Of a stretch of DNA of 64,000 nt, positions 10,024 through 19,079 are shown one piece after another. The notes under the pieces are model-generated. The model was not told where the DNA came from and made no database searches. It worked only from the letters and a program-made list of their open reading frames with translations. This stretch comes from a plasmid, in sequence record NZ_CP085281.1; one strand, given 5' to 3'. How positions within the stretch are numbered: position 1 is the first letter of the stretch; every line of letters starts with the position of its first letter. The translations under genes and the position numbers were made by a program.

Positions 10024-10323
10024 TCATGACATCTCGGCGGGCGCGATGGTGATGGTCACCTTGTAGTCCTCCGGGACGACCAGGACCGCGGCGGCGGGAT
10101 GCAGGGCCACGTCGAAGTCGCCCAGCCGGCAGACCAACAGCGGCTTGGTCATCGACGGGGCGGGCTTGTAGCTCAGCGGCCCGGTCACGGTGTAGCGGCC
10201 CCGACGCACGGCGATCGTCAGCCCCACATGTCGAGACGTCAGCGCTCCGACGTTGATCTCGTAGGGGCCGAGTTCCGGAACGGGTTGCAGGCGTCGCGGC
10301 GCAGTTAGTTGCTTCAAACGCAT
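10024..10323 (-). CDS. Hypothetical protein (99 aa), last gene of the whiB-dnaB operon.
   Basis: Its ATG at 10323-10321 is adjacent to the stop of the upstream gene at 10326-10328 (coupled). Confidence 0.5.
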   Translation of the reverse strand: MRLKQLTAPRRLQPVPELGPYEINVGALTSRHVGLTIAVRRGRYTVTGPLSYKPAPSMTKPLLVCRLGDFDVALHPAAAVLVVPEDYKVTITIAPAEMS

Positions 10324-10325
10324 TC

Positions 10326-11072
10326 TCAGTCAACCCTTCTCACGTACTCGTCCAGGGCCCGTTGCATTCGTTCGTCATGGCGGTAGTCGTCGCGGGCGAC
10401 CTCGACGAAGTGGCGGATCTGTTCGGCGTTGAACTGGCCACCGACACCGCGGGGGTAACGCTGCAGTCGCTCTCCGGGCGGTGCCCACTGCAACGCCGGC
10501 TCGGCTCTGATGAAGTCGGACACCGCGGCGAGCTGCTCCAGCGGCTCCACCAGATGGTTGAGCCGTCGGTCATAGATCTCGGTGGCGACGACCGCGCCGG
10601 CGCCGAAGGCGACCTCCACCAACTCCTCGCGCGGGATCCTTCGGCCGCGGCACAGCGCGTCCCAGACTGGTTGGGCGATCAGCGTGAACACCACGGGGTG
10701 TCCGTCGAGCACGGTGCATGGTGGGTAGAGCCCGCCGTAGAGGTCGGCGCACGTGGTTGTCCGCTCGACGAGATAGAGCAGGGATTCGATCGCAATGTCG
10801 GGGTCGAACCAGTCTGGGTCTCCACGGTGGGTGTGATCGTGGGCGATGAATCGGCCCTGGCGGTACGCGTGGGAGAAGAACGCCGTGAGGGCGGCGGTGT
10901 TCGCATCGGTTGCGACGCCGTCGATGCACCCGAATCCGTCGTAGGTGCCATGGATTCCGAGCGCGATCGGGTGATACCGCCCGTCATCGGCGCGTTGCAG
11001 GAGTACGGCGGTAGCCTCGACCCCGCTGAGGCTCACCCCGCTGATGAGGCACGCCGCGTCATAGAATCCCAC
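10326..11072 (-). CDS. Hypothetical protein (248 aa).
   Basis: Long ORF with good GC3, downstream of dnaB on the same strand. Confidence 0.55.
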   Translation of the reverse strand: MGFYDAACLISGVSLSGVEATAVLLQRADDGRYHPIALGIHGTYDGFGCIDGVATDANTAALTAFFSHAYRQGRFIAHDHTHRGDPDWFDPDIAIESLLYLVERTTTCADLYGGLYPPCTVLDGHPVVFTLIAQPVWDALCRGRRIPREELVEVAFGAGAVVATEIYDRRLNHLVEPLEQLAAVSDFIRAEPALQWAPPGERLQRYPRGVGGQFNAEQIRHFVEVARDDYRHDERMQRALDEYVRRVD

Positions 11073-11133
11073 GCCGGGTGGCCGTCCTTCCTTGTTTACT
11101 TAGCGTCGACAGTGTCAGTCGCCGCTACTGCTC

Positions 11134-13262
11134 TCACCAATTCGCGCCGGTGTCAACGCTTTCTGCGCCGCCATACCCGCCTCGCGCCATGTTCGAGAAG
11201 CGACTGAGGTGAAGTTGGCTGGCGACGGTGATCGTCCGGCATGGTCCCGCCCTGTGCTTGCCGATGATGATCTCGGCTTCGCCTGCCTGGGGATGGTCTC
11301 GGTCGAACGCATCGGGTCGGTGCAGCAGCATGACGACGTCGCTATCCTGCTCGATGCTTCCCGACTCGCGAAGGTCAGATATCAGGGGGCGCTTGTCTGT
11401 TCGCTGCTCCGGCCCTCGGTTGAGCTGGCTGATCGCCACCACGGGCACGTCGAGTTCCTTGGCCATGAGCTTGAGCGTCCGGGAGAACTCCGAGACTTCC
11501 TGTTGACGGCTTTCGAAGCGCTTCCCTGAGGTCATCAGTTGCATGTAGTCGACCACGATCAGTTTCAAGGGGGTCTTCTGCGCCAGACGCCGCGCTTTGG
11601 CGCGGATCTCCATCATGGTGAGGTTCGGTGAGTCGTCGATGAACAGCGGGGCCTCGCTGATCTCACTCATCTTCTTGGCTAGCCGCGTCCAGTCGTCGTC
11701 GCTCATCTTCCCTGACCGCATGCTGGCCAACTTGATCTTGGCCTCCGCCGACAACAGACGCATGACGATCTCGGACTTGCTCATTTCCAAGGAGAAGATG
11801 ACGCTGGCCATTCGGTGCCGGATCGAGCATGACCGCATGAAATCCAGTGCGAGCGTGGAATTGTGGGTGGGCACCATGCCACCCCCGGCGAGGTAGAGGT
11901 GGTCGTCGTTGTCCACCTGGACGCAGCGCACGGCCACGCTGTGCCGCGGCTGCACCGCGGTCACGGTGCGCTCTCCTGCCACCACGCGGATCGGCTCCCC
12001 GGGCCACCCGGGGGCCAGCACGTAGCCCAGAGAGGCGAGCAGGTCGGTCGCCAGTGTGCGGTCTTCGGGCAGCCGCCACCGGGCGGTGATGGTGAAGCTG
12101 TCGCCCTGGCCGCCGTGGACCTGGCTGGCATCGAGCAGTCCCCGCAGCATGGCGCGCCGCTGCCGCAGCGATCCGCGCAGGTACCGCGAGACCACGGTGT
12201 CGTAGCCGCGCAGCTGTACGGCGGTGTCTCCGGCTAGGTAACGGCCCACGGTGTACGGGTCGTCCCCGTGCTCGCCGACCTCGGGTAGCTCTACGGGCGC
12301 GGCGGTGGGGATCAAGTCACCGGCTACCAGTTCGGCGGTGACCAGGATTCCGCGGCGAGTCGGCCACTGGTGGCGTTCATCGGCGGTGATGACCGTGCCA
12401 TCGGAGAAGGACACGTCGTAGCAGGGCCGGCCGTAGAGTACGGCGGTCGTGGCCACGACCCGTGTGGGGCGGCCGTCGGCGCCGAGTAGGTAGTCCCCGA
12501 CGTTGACGTCGCCCATCGTGGTCCAGCCTGTTGGTGTGGGCAGGATGGTGTTGAGCGCCAGGGCTTTTCCGACGCCGGGCCGCGCGGCCACGGTGATCAT
12601 CTGCCCGGGATGGAGGCCGTTGGTCAGTTCGTCGAGGTCGTGGAAGCCGGTGGGCACACCGCGGGCGAGGCCGCCGTGAGTGGATAGGTCGTCGAGTTCG
12701 TCCATCGTTGCTTGCAGCAGATCCGACAGCGATGCGTAGTCCTCGCGCCGGTCGCGGTTGTTGACGTTGTAGATCTCGGCTTGAGCCCGGTCCACGATGT
12801 CGCTGACCTCGGCACCCTCGGCGCCGGCGTATCCGTACTGAACCACGCGGGTGCCGGCCTCGACGAGGCGTCGTAACACGGCCTTCTCGGCGACGATGCG
12901 CGCGTAGTAGGAGGCGTTGGCCGCGGTGGGCACCGCCGCGAGCAGGGTATGGAGATAGGGGCCAGCACCGATGCGTCGCAGCTGGCCCCTGCGGTCGAGT
13001 TCGGCGGCGACGGTGACACCGTCTGCCGGTTCTCCTCGCCCGAAGAGATCCAAGATGGCGTCGAAGATCATCTGGTGCCGCGGCTTGTAGAAGTCACCTG
13101 GCTCAACGATTTCCAGGACGTCGGCGATCGCATCCTTGCTCAGCATCATGGCGCCCAGCACCGACTGCTCGGCAGTGTCGTCGTGTGGGGGGAGCCGACC
13201 GAAGTCTCCCTCGGAGACTGGCTCCTCGACTCTGGCGGGGCGGTGCTCGACGGCGGTCATGC
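11134..13262 (-). CDS. dnaB: Replicative DNA helicase DnaB (accessory copy) interrupted by a 235-aa intein at the Walker A P-loop.
   Basis: N-terminal DnaB domain (SVLGAMMLSKDAIADVLEIV…). P-loop ITVAARPGVGK|ALALNT…VPTHN|STLALDFMRSCSIRHR. C-terminal RecA-like domain (IVVDYMQLM, ISQLNRGPEQR, SDLRESGSIEQDSDVVMLLHR). ATG at 13262 (MTAVEHRP); the longer GTG ORF to 13488 is unlikely. Confidence 0.9.
11860..12564 (-). other. Intein (235 aa) in the DnaB P-loop. It begins with Ala and ends HN before the +1 Ser, which fits a class-3-type intein with a block-F Cys (…VAVRCVQVD…). It contains a degenerate LAGLIDADG-like segment (RYLAGDTAV).
   Basis: Extein junctions read directly (GVGK / A…HN / STLALDF). 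Compared with the known P-loop DnaB inteins of M. smegmatis and mycobacteriophage Bethlehem (established knowledge). Confidence 0.7.
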
Positions 13263-13553
13263 CAGCCTGCCTGGGTGTGGGGGCCGCACCGCCGGCGCCC
13301 GGTTGGCCTCGCGTACCTGGCGCTGCAGTGCCAGCGCCAGCTGCACGCCGCTGTCGCGTTCGGCGATCTGCTGCTGAGTCAAGGCGGGCGCTCCGGTGGA
13401 ACGCAGGTGGGGCCCGAAGTCGTCGAGGCATTCGCCGCAGGTGGCGCCCCACCGGTGCACCTCGTTGATGCAGCCGGGGATCACACACAGCGGGACAGCG
13501 CCGGATTGAGGTTCGGCATTCCGCTTCGAGGTTGATCGCTTGATGCGTTCCAT
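13257..13553 (-). CDS. Small Cys-rich (zinc-ribbon-like) protein.
   Basis: 98-aa ORF with CVIPGCINEVHRWGATCGEC. It overlaps the dnaB start and lies within the operon. Confidence 0.4.
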   Translation of the reverse strand: MERIKRSTSKRNAEPQSGAVPLCVIPGCINEVHRWGATCGECLDDFGPHLRSTGAPALTQQQIAERDSGVQLALALQRQVREANRAPAVRPPHPGRLA

Positions 13554-13699
13554 CGCCGCTGTCCCTTTCTCGTTCGCTTCCTAATTGGTGAAGTACCTGC
13601 GCGGCGGCCGGTTTCCGTCGCCGCGCCCCGATTTGCCTTCGATGACCTGGCCCGATGGCAGGTCCCCCGTGCGCGCCTGACCGTCCGGCTGGCCTTGCG

Positions 13700-14563
13700 T
13701 TAGGCGGCGGCCCGGCGCGGCTCGGGCGCGCACGGGCGCAGCACGCCTCGAAAGCCCGTCGGCATGGCCAGCCGGCCCCCGGCCGGCCGGCGCAGGTTGT
13801 AGCGCTCGTGGAACGTGATCGCGACGAACTTCGGCAGCGCCCCGCCGCCGTGCTTGCCGCCGGCCTTCTTGGCCTTGGCGAAGAAGCCGACCCGTTCGGG
13901 GGTCAAGTCGATCAGCGCATCGACGAGAGTGTCGCAGTCGAAGTTCTCGTCGGCGCCGAAAGCGTCGAGGAACACCGCCATGCCACCGACGAGGCCCGAG
14001 TCGTAGGCGCCCAGTTGCGCACCCCACGTGTCATGCAGTAGCCGCAGGGCATCGCGCAGCAGTGCGTGCCCGCCGCGGCTGCCGGCAATCTTCTCCAGCA
14101 TCGCGGTGCAGCGCAGGTGTCCATCCTTGGGCGCGTCGTCGACCCGCAGTCCCAGACGGGCCACCGTTTCTTCGATGGCGATCACGTCAGGGTCGAGCTG
14201 TGCGCGCCGCGCCTTCCACCGGTCCCATGTCGTCAGGCGGCGACGTTGCACGTCAATGCCGACGAACAGTTGCGCTTCCTCGGCGAGGGTCAGGCCGCTG
14301 TGCACGCGGGCGGCAATCGCTGCGCCCGGGTCCCGTAACGCTACTGCCGCCCAACGGTGTTGGCCCTCGACCACGGCATACCGCGGGTGATGCTCACACC
14401 CACGATCGGAGACCTCGATGACTCCCAGAAGACGCTGATCGAAGTTGTCGGCCATAGCTTGGGCCCGCCGAGGGTCAAGGGGCCGCTGGTAGCTGTGGTC
14501 GGCGAAGATGTCGGCGACGGAAATCGCCAGGACGTAGGGCTCGCTGGCCTGCGGTGTGGTCAT
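13700..14563 (-). CDS. ParB-like nuclease (ParB/Srx) domain protein.
   Basis: ATG at 14563 preceded by GGAGG. The motif …RYAVVEGQHRWAAVAL… resembles the ParB N-terminal domain. Its start overlaps the upstream stop (ATGA). Confidence 0.65.
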   Translation of the reverse strand: MTTPQASEPYVLAISVADIFADHSYQRPLDPRRAQAMADNFDQRLLGVIEVSDRGCEHHPRYAVVEGQHRWAAVALRDPGAAIAARVHSGLTLAEEAQLFVGIDVQRRRLTTWDRWKARRAQLDPDVIAIEETVARLGLRVDDAPKDGHLRCTAMLEKIAGSRGGHALLRDALRLLHDTWGAQLGAYDSGLVGGMAVFLDAFGADENFDCDTLVDALIDLTPERVGFFAKAKKAGGKHGGGALPKFVAITFHERYNLRRPAGGRLAMPTGFRGVLRPCAPEPRRAAA

Positions 14564-14835
14564 CGGTCGTGACCTCCTGTGTGCGGGTTGGCCGTGTCGT
14601 TGGTGGTCGCGATCGACCAGGCGACGTGGCGGCGTCCCGGCAGCCGGACGCGACGGACCTCGCTGCGGTGTTCCAGGACGACCAGGTTGCGGTAGACGAT
14701 TTCGTTGACGAGCGCCGGCGCCCATGGCGAGAGCCGCTGACGAAGCTCCGCGGTGGTCAACTCAGCGCCGGCGCGGGTCAACTCGTCGAGCAGGTGCTTG
14801 CGTACGAGTTCCGGATCCAGGCGGATGGCGCTCAT
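14560..14835 (-). CDS. Hypothetical protein (91 aa).
   Basis: MSAIRLDPELVRKHLLDELTRAG…. ATGA overlaps on both sides. The 276-aa ORF 14560..15390 as listed is a frame artefact. Confidence 0.5.
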   Translation of the reverse strand: MSAIRLDPELVRKHLLDELTRAGAELTTAELRQRLSPWAPALVNEIVYRNLVVLEHRSEVRRVRLPGRRHVAWSIATTNDTANPHTGGHDR

Positions 14836-15176
14836 CGCATTCGCACCGAGTCGCCGCGGTGGTTGAAGGCTTCGACCTGCTCGACGGGCGGGTGGGCGAT
14901 GGCCGCGCAGGCGGGGCATAGTGGGGCGCCGTCTTGCAGAAGTGCCGTCGGCGCCGACTGCACCAGGCGAACGCCGCATCGCGACCGTGGGGCCCGGCCC
15001 AGCCCGACGTCGAGCAGGTGCTGCAGCCGTCCGACGCAGTGGATCACCTGATCGCCGTCGTAGTGTCGGCGCGGGCACGCGCATGGCAATTGGTCTGCCT
15101 GCCAGTGCTTCAGCGACCCGTGCAGGTAGTCGGGCACCCACGCCGCGGGTGCCAGGACGACCCCGGCGACGGTCAT
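14832..15176 (-). CDS. Cys-rich small protein (114 aa).
   Basis: MTVAGVV…CACPRRHYDGDQVIHC…CPACAAIAHP. ATGA overlaps at both ends. Confidence 0.45.
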   Translation of the reverse strand: MTVAGVVLAPAAWVPDYLHGSLKHWQADQLPCACPRRHYDGDQVIHCVGRLQHLLDVGLGRAPRSRCGVRLVQSAPTALLQDGAPLCPACAAIAHPPVEQVEAFNHRGDSVRMR

Positions 15177-15907
15177 GATCGGCCTCCAACACCACGCCCT
15201 GCCGCCCACAGCGCCCGGTAGTCCAGGTCCTGCAGCAAGGACAGGTCCTGGCGCTGCAACGTCGGCAGCATCCGCGCCAGCGCCGCCGCCGCAGTCCCGT
15301 CGTACTCCATGGCGGCCGGAAAGATCGCCTGCACATCACCGGGGATGTCGGCGACGAACCCGCCACAGGCGACGTCTTCACCGAGATCACTGATGTGCCA
15401 GCCGTATTCGCCGACCAACCGTGCGATCAGCCACGCCGCGCAGCGTCCCCTCCTCATGGGCTGCTCCTGCGCCGGCAGGATCGGAAGTGGCTCGCCGCAA
15501 CGCCAATGGTCTTGGTGGCGGTGCGGGGTGCGCACGTGCCACTGCGCCAACCAGCACAGCTGGGTGAGCCACTCGTCGCCGGTTTCGGCATCGTTTTGTC
15601 CCAGGCTTGCCACCGCACGCGCCAGCGCGATCAACCGGTGCGACACGTCGCGGCCGGGAACCTGTTGGCGTGCTGCACGATTGCCGCGCAGATCCCAGCT
15701 CACGGTGACGGTGCGCTGGGTGGGCGCCGCGGCGGTGACGAAGGCGGTGGCGGTGTGTGCGTCGAATGCGAGGCGCTTGGGTAGCCAACCGTAGGCGGCC
15801 AGGTCGACGATCATCCAGTAGGCGTCGATCACCTCGGCCGGGGGTTGCTCATCACCGAGACCGGGGATGCGTTCGCGGCCGGCGGACCGCTCGGCGGGCC
15901 GCGTCAT
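15173..15907 (-). CDS. Hypothetical protein (244 aa).
   Basis: ORF with GC3 bias. Its start overlaps the whiB stop (ATGA). Confidence 0.5.
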   Translation of the reverse strand: MTRPAERSAGRERIPGLGDEQPPAEVIDAYWMIVDLAAYGWLPKRLAFDAHTATAFVTAAAPTQRTVTVSWDLRGNRAARQQVPGRDVSHRLIALARAVASLGQNDAETGDEWLTQLCWLAQWHVRTPHRHQDHWRCGEPLPILPAQEQPMRRGRCAAWLIARLVGEYGWHISDLGEDVACGGFVADIPGDVQAIFPAAMEYDGTAAAALARMLPTLQRQDLSLLQDLDYRALWAAGRGVGGRS

Positions 15908-16275
15908 CCGGCCAGCCTCACGTCCTGCTCGGCGGGGAGTGCGGCGGCCACGATGTGGGTGAGGTGGCGCAGCTCGTCGTGGTCCGCCGCCTCGCCGGGG
16001 TGGATACCGCGCTTGAGGCGCCGGCGCTCCCGCTCGGAGAGCCCGCCCCAGACCCCGAAGCGCTCGTCATTGTCGAGCGCCCACTGCAGGCACTGCTTCT
16101 GGACAGGGCATTCACGGCAGATCCTCTTGGCCTCCTTGGTCGAGCCGCCCTTCTCCGGATAGAACGCCTCCGGGTCGGTCTGGGGGCAAATCGCTCGGCT
16201 TGACCAGTCCTCATCGGATGGCTGCGGTTGCGCCTCCAACATGCCGATCAGCTCGATCACTGCCGCTTCAGACAT
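15904..16275 (-). CDS. whiB: WhiB-family Fe-S transcriptional regulator; first gene of the long operon.
   Basis: C-x-C…CRECPVQKQC plus GVWGG and a basic tail. Confidence 0.9.
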   Translation of the reverse strand: MSEAAVIELIGMLEAQPQPSDEDWSSRAICPQTDPEAFYPEKGGSTKEAKRICRECPVQKQCLQWALDNDERFGVWGGLSERERRRLKRGIHPGEAADHDELRHLTHIVAAALPAEQDVRLAG

Positions 16276-16490
16276 CGCATCTACCTCCCCAAGTCAGTCG
16301 CCCTAATCGGCGCGAATCTGCAAATCCAACCAGTTACGATTTGCATATCGGTAGGGGCAAGATTAGCGGCTGACTACGCCATATCCGGTTCCCCGAAAAG
16401 GTAAATTTCTCCGTGATGGTTAACTTGGCGACACCGTTCCGAGTGCACCTGGACCTTCACATCAGCCGGCACGCCCCAGCCAGGGAAAAC

Positions 16491-16507
16491 GACACGTCCC
16501 CGCCGCC
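16491..16507. promoter_or_regulatory. Copy of the recurring motif (GACACGTCCCCGCCGCC) in the whiB-operon upstream region.
   Basis: Read directly. It shares CACGTCCCCGCCGCC with the copy at 7648. Confidence 0.4.
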
Positions 16508-16582
16508 GAGTGCGGTTATCGGGTACCGGCGCCGCCGGGCAGGCCCCGTGGGTGGGGCTCTGCCATTTGCGCAGGCAGGCGA

Positions 16583-17611
16583 CTAATACGCGGTATGCCG
16601 CGCTACGGAGCCGACCTGGTCATAGCCGTCCACCATGGCCAATAGGTCGGTGTTCAGATCACCCAGCGCGGCGGCGGCCAACTCATTCTCCGCACCGGCC
16701 ACGAACAGCGAGCCGTCACCGGTGTCTATCGCGTCGGCATGGAGCCGGCGCGCGCGCTGCTGCACCTCGTCGAGCGTTGCCACACAGCGGTGTAGCACCG
16801 TCAACCGGTCGAGCAGGGCGTTAGTCAAGATGCGACGTTCGGAGCGCACCGCGGTCCGCGCAAGTCCCCTCAGCGTCACCATCTGCGCCAGCTGCGCCGT
16901 CTGGTCATCGTGCCGATCGAGGCTGTAGGCCGCGCGGGCGATCTGGAAGATCTCCTCGTCGGCATCGAAACGCGTTCGCAGCACGTCGACCCCGGGAAGC
17001 GTCCATGCTGGGCTGCCGGCCAGCTCATCCACCACCGAAATGCCTTCGAGCAGATAGGCGCCGCCGGCCGTGATCGATCCTTCGCCAGCCAGCGGATTCC
17101 AGTCCAAGACGCGCCGCGCAGCGTTGACTTCCCGCCGCTGGGCCGGGGCGAGCCTGAGCGGGTCCCGCACCGCCCAAACCAGGAGGGCGGCAATGGCCGA
17201 GGCCACGGTGATGCATGCGAGGGCACCCCAGCCCGCCAGGACGCCGACTCGAGCCCGATCGTCGGCTGCCCGAGCGCAGATCAATCCAGTGAGCGCCAGC
17301 AAGACCGAGGCGATCGCCCAGCAGGTGGCGCTACGCGGTGTGGCCCAGCGTGGGAGCCGGTGTTGCCGCGGCCCGGCCACACCGAACAGGGTTGCTGCGG
17401 GCATGCCGGCCGAACGGCGACCGGCGATCAGTTCCGCGGTGGTGGCGCTGAGGTCTGCCAGGCGCAAGGGTGCCACGTGCGGCCCACGCCACAACCACGT
17501 CGGGCCGGTGGTGATGCTGCGACGGTCCTGGGCCTGCCAGAACGCCAGTCGCATGCGGACGCGGGCCCGCAGCTCGTCGCCGTCGCTGTCCGCCTCTGGT
17601 TCGCCGCCCAC
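16583..17611 (-). CDS. Hypothetical membrane protein.
   Basis: 342-aa ORF with hydrophobic stretches (AIASVLLALTGLICA, ALACITVASAIAALLVWAV). Confidence 0.5.
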   Translation of the reverse strand: MGGEPEADSDGDELRARVRMRLAFWQAQDRRSITTGPTWLWRGPHVAPLRLADLSATTAELIAGRRSAGMPAATLFGVAGPRQHRLPRWATPRSATCWAIASVLLALTGLICARAADDRARVGVLAGWGALACITVASAIAALLVWAVRDPLRLAPAQRREVNAARRVLDWNPLAGEGSITAGGAYLLEGISVVDELAGSPAWTLPGVDVLRTRFDADEEIFQIARAAYSLDRHDDQTAQLAQMVTLRGLARTAVRSERRILTNALLDRLTVLHRCVATLDEVQQRARRLHADAIDTGDGSLFVAGAENELAAAALGDLNTDLLAMVDGYDQVGSVARHTAY

Positions 17612-17835
17612 GCTTCTGGCCTCTTTTCACGGTCCAGAGAACGAAATCCCCTGGAGGATAAAGCAACTCCGACATGGGGCGCGTTGCCGCACCGCTACCG
17701 GGAAACCCTTTGCCAAAGACCCCTGTGACCATGCCGGAGTTGCGAGCCTCAGTCTATGGCGTGGATGCCGGCCAACCGCCTGCCGCGCAGGGGTTGCTTT
17801 TCGCAACATCGCAGCCGTCCCGAGACCGGCGCGAC

Positions 17836-18588
17836 CTACTCGGACTCGGGCAGGAACTCGTCGGGGACGAAGTACGCCGGGGGCACACTGAAGAGCCGGG
17901 CCAGCTCGTGGACCACGTCCAGGCGGGGCGGTGCCTCGCCGTGGAAGTAGCGGTAGATCTGGGTCTGCGACACCGGCAGATCCGGGGCCTGCTCCTTGAG
18001 CATCCGCTGAATCCGCAACGGCGTGAGCTTGCGGACCCGATCGGTGTCGAGCATGCGCACGTTCATGCTGGCGGCCAGCGCCTGGAAACGCGTGGCGAAG
18101 TACTCCGTCGCAACGTGTGGCGGATCGATGGCCGTCTTGTCACGCTGTCCGCTGCGCGCCGATTCGAGATCCACGCCACTGAAGCTGGGGATCTCGTCGT
18201 CGGTGCCCTCGACGAAGTAGGTGGGCGTCACTCCGAAGAGCCGCGCCAGCTCGTAGACGACGTCCAGTCGGGGCGGCGCCTCGCCGTGGAAGTAGCGATA
18301 GATCTGGGTCTGCGACACCGGCAAATCCGGGGCCTGCTCCTTGAGCATCCGCTGAATCCGCAACGGCGTGAGCTTGCGGACCCGATCGGTGTCCAGCATC
18401 CGCACCTTCATGCTGCCAGCTAATTCTTGAAACTTCTTCGAGAAGAATTCGGTGGCGACATGCGGCGGATCAATCACCGCCCGCGCCTGCGCTGGCACCG
18501 CAGGAACCAACTGGTGCGATGCCACTTCCTGCCTTCCGCCAGCACGATCGGTGTCAACGTCGGAGGCGTTGTCCACGTGGTTGGTCAT
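17836..18588 (-). CDS. Protein with two tandem XRE/EspR-like HTH repeats.
   Basis: Two ~115-aa repeats (IDPPHVATE[FY]F…RMLDTDRVRKLTPLRIQRMLKEQAPDLPVSQTQIYRYFHGEAPPRLDVV.ELARLF). The DNA shows a matching 345-bp tandem direct repeat. Confidence 0.7.
   Translation of the reverse strand: MTNHVDNASDVDTDRAGGRQEVASHQLVPAVPAQARAVIDPPHVATEFFSKKFQELAGSMKVRMLDTDRVRKLTPLRIQRMLKEQAPDLPVSQTQIYRYFHGEAPPRLDVVYELARLFGVTPTYFVEGTDDEIPSFSGVDLESARSGQRDKTAIDPPHVATEYFATRFQALAASMNVRMLDTDRVRKLTPLRIQRMLKEQAPDLPVSQTQIYRYFHGEAPPRLDVVHELARLFSVPPAYFVPDEFLPESE
17880..18569. repeat. 345-bp tandem direct repeat (2 units) inside the HTH gene. The ~125-bp core is ~97% identical.
   Basis: Compared directly: 17934-18059 versus 18279-18404. 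Confidence 0.8.
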
Positions 18589-18656
18589 CGGTCATCCAAT
18601 TCTGCGTCGATCCCACTCGGACAACCCCCCGGCCTCATGTGATTTCAGCAACTACC

Positions 18657-19079
18657 CTAGCCGCCCACACCCGATTCGCCACTCTGGTCCGTCATATTCG
18701 GGACAGCCGTGACCGGCGGCGGCAGGACACGCGCGACACCGGGGATCTGAACCCCACGTCGTTCGAGAAATTCCTGGATCGCCAGGGACGTCGCATCACC
18801 CTTGGGCAATTCGTACTCGTCGATGAACGCGGCAAAGGCGGTGTGCACCTGAGAGTTGATGTGCACGTTCAAGCCTGTGCGTTTGACCTTGCGGCTGCGC
18901 AGCTGCTCCAGGGCGGGATCATGGGCAACCAGATCGGCCACCGCGCTGCCTGCAGGTCCTGGCTGCGCGGCCGGTGCGGCCGCTGCCGCACCCGAGGGCA
19001 CACCACGAACCCGGGCGGCATCCGGTGACACCGCACGGCCACGGGCATTGGGCAGCGGCATGGCAGCGTCCTTAGCCAT
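18657..19079 (-). CDS. Putative ParB/ParG-like partition protein.
   Basis: 140-aa ORF. Its start overlaps the parA stop. Basic/Ala-rich N-terminus. Confidence 0.45.
   Translation of the reverse strand: MAKDAAMPLPNARGRAVSPDAARVRGVPSGAAAAAPAAQPGPAGSAVADLVAHDPALEQLRSRKVKRTGLNVHINSQVHTAFAAFIDEYELPKGDATSLAIQEFLERRGVQIPGVARVLPPPVTAVPNMTDQSGESGVGG

Noticed and set aside
14560-15390. 276-aa ORF.
   Set aside because: Frame artefact spanning two real coupled genes (14560..14835 and 14832..15176) that are in another frame.
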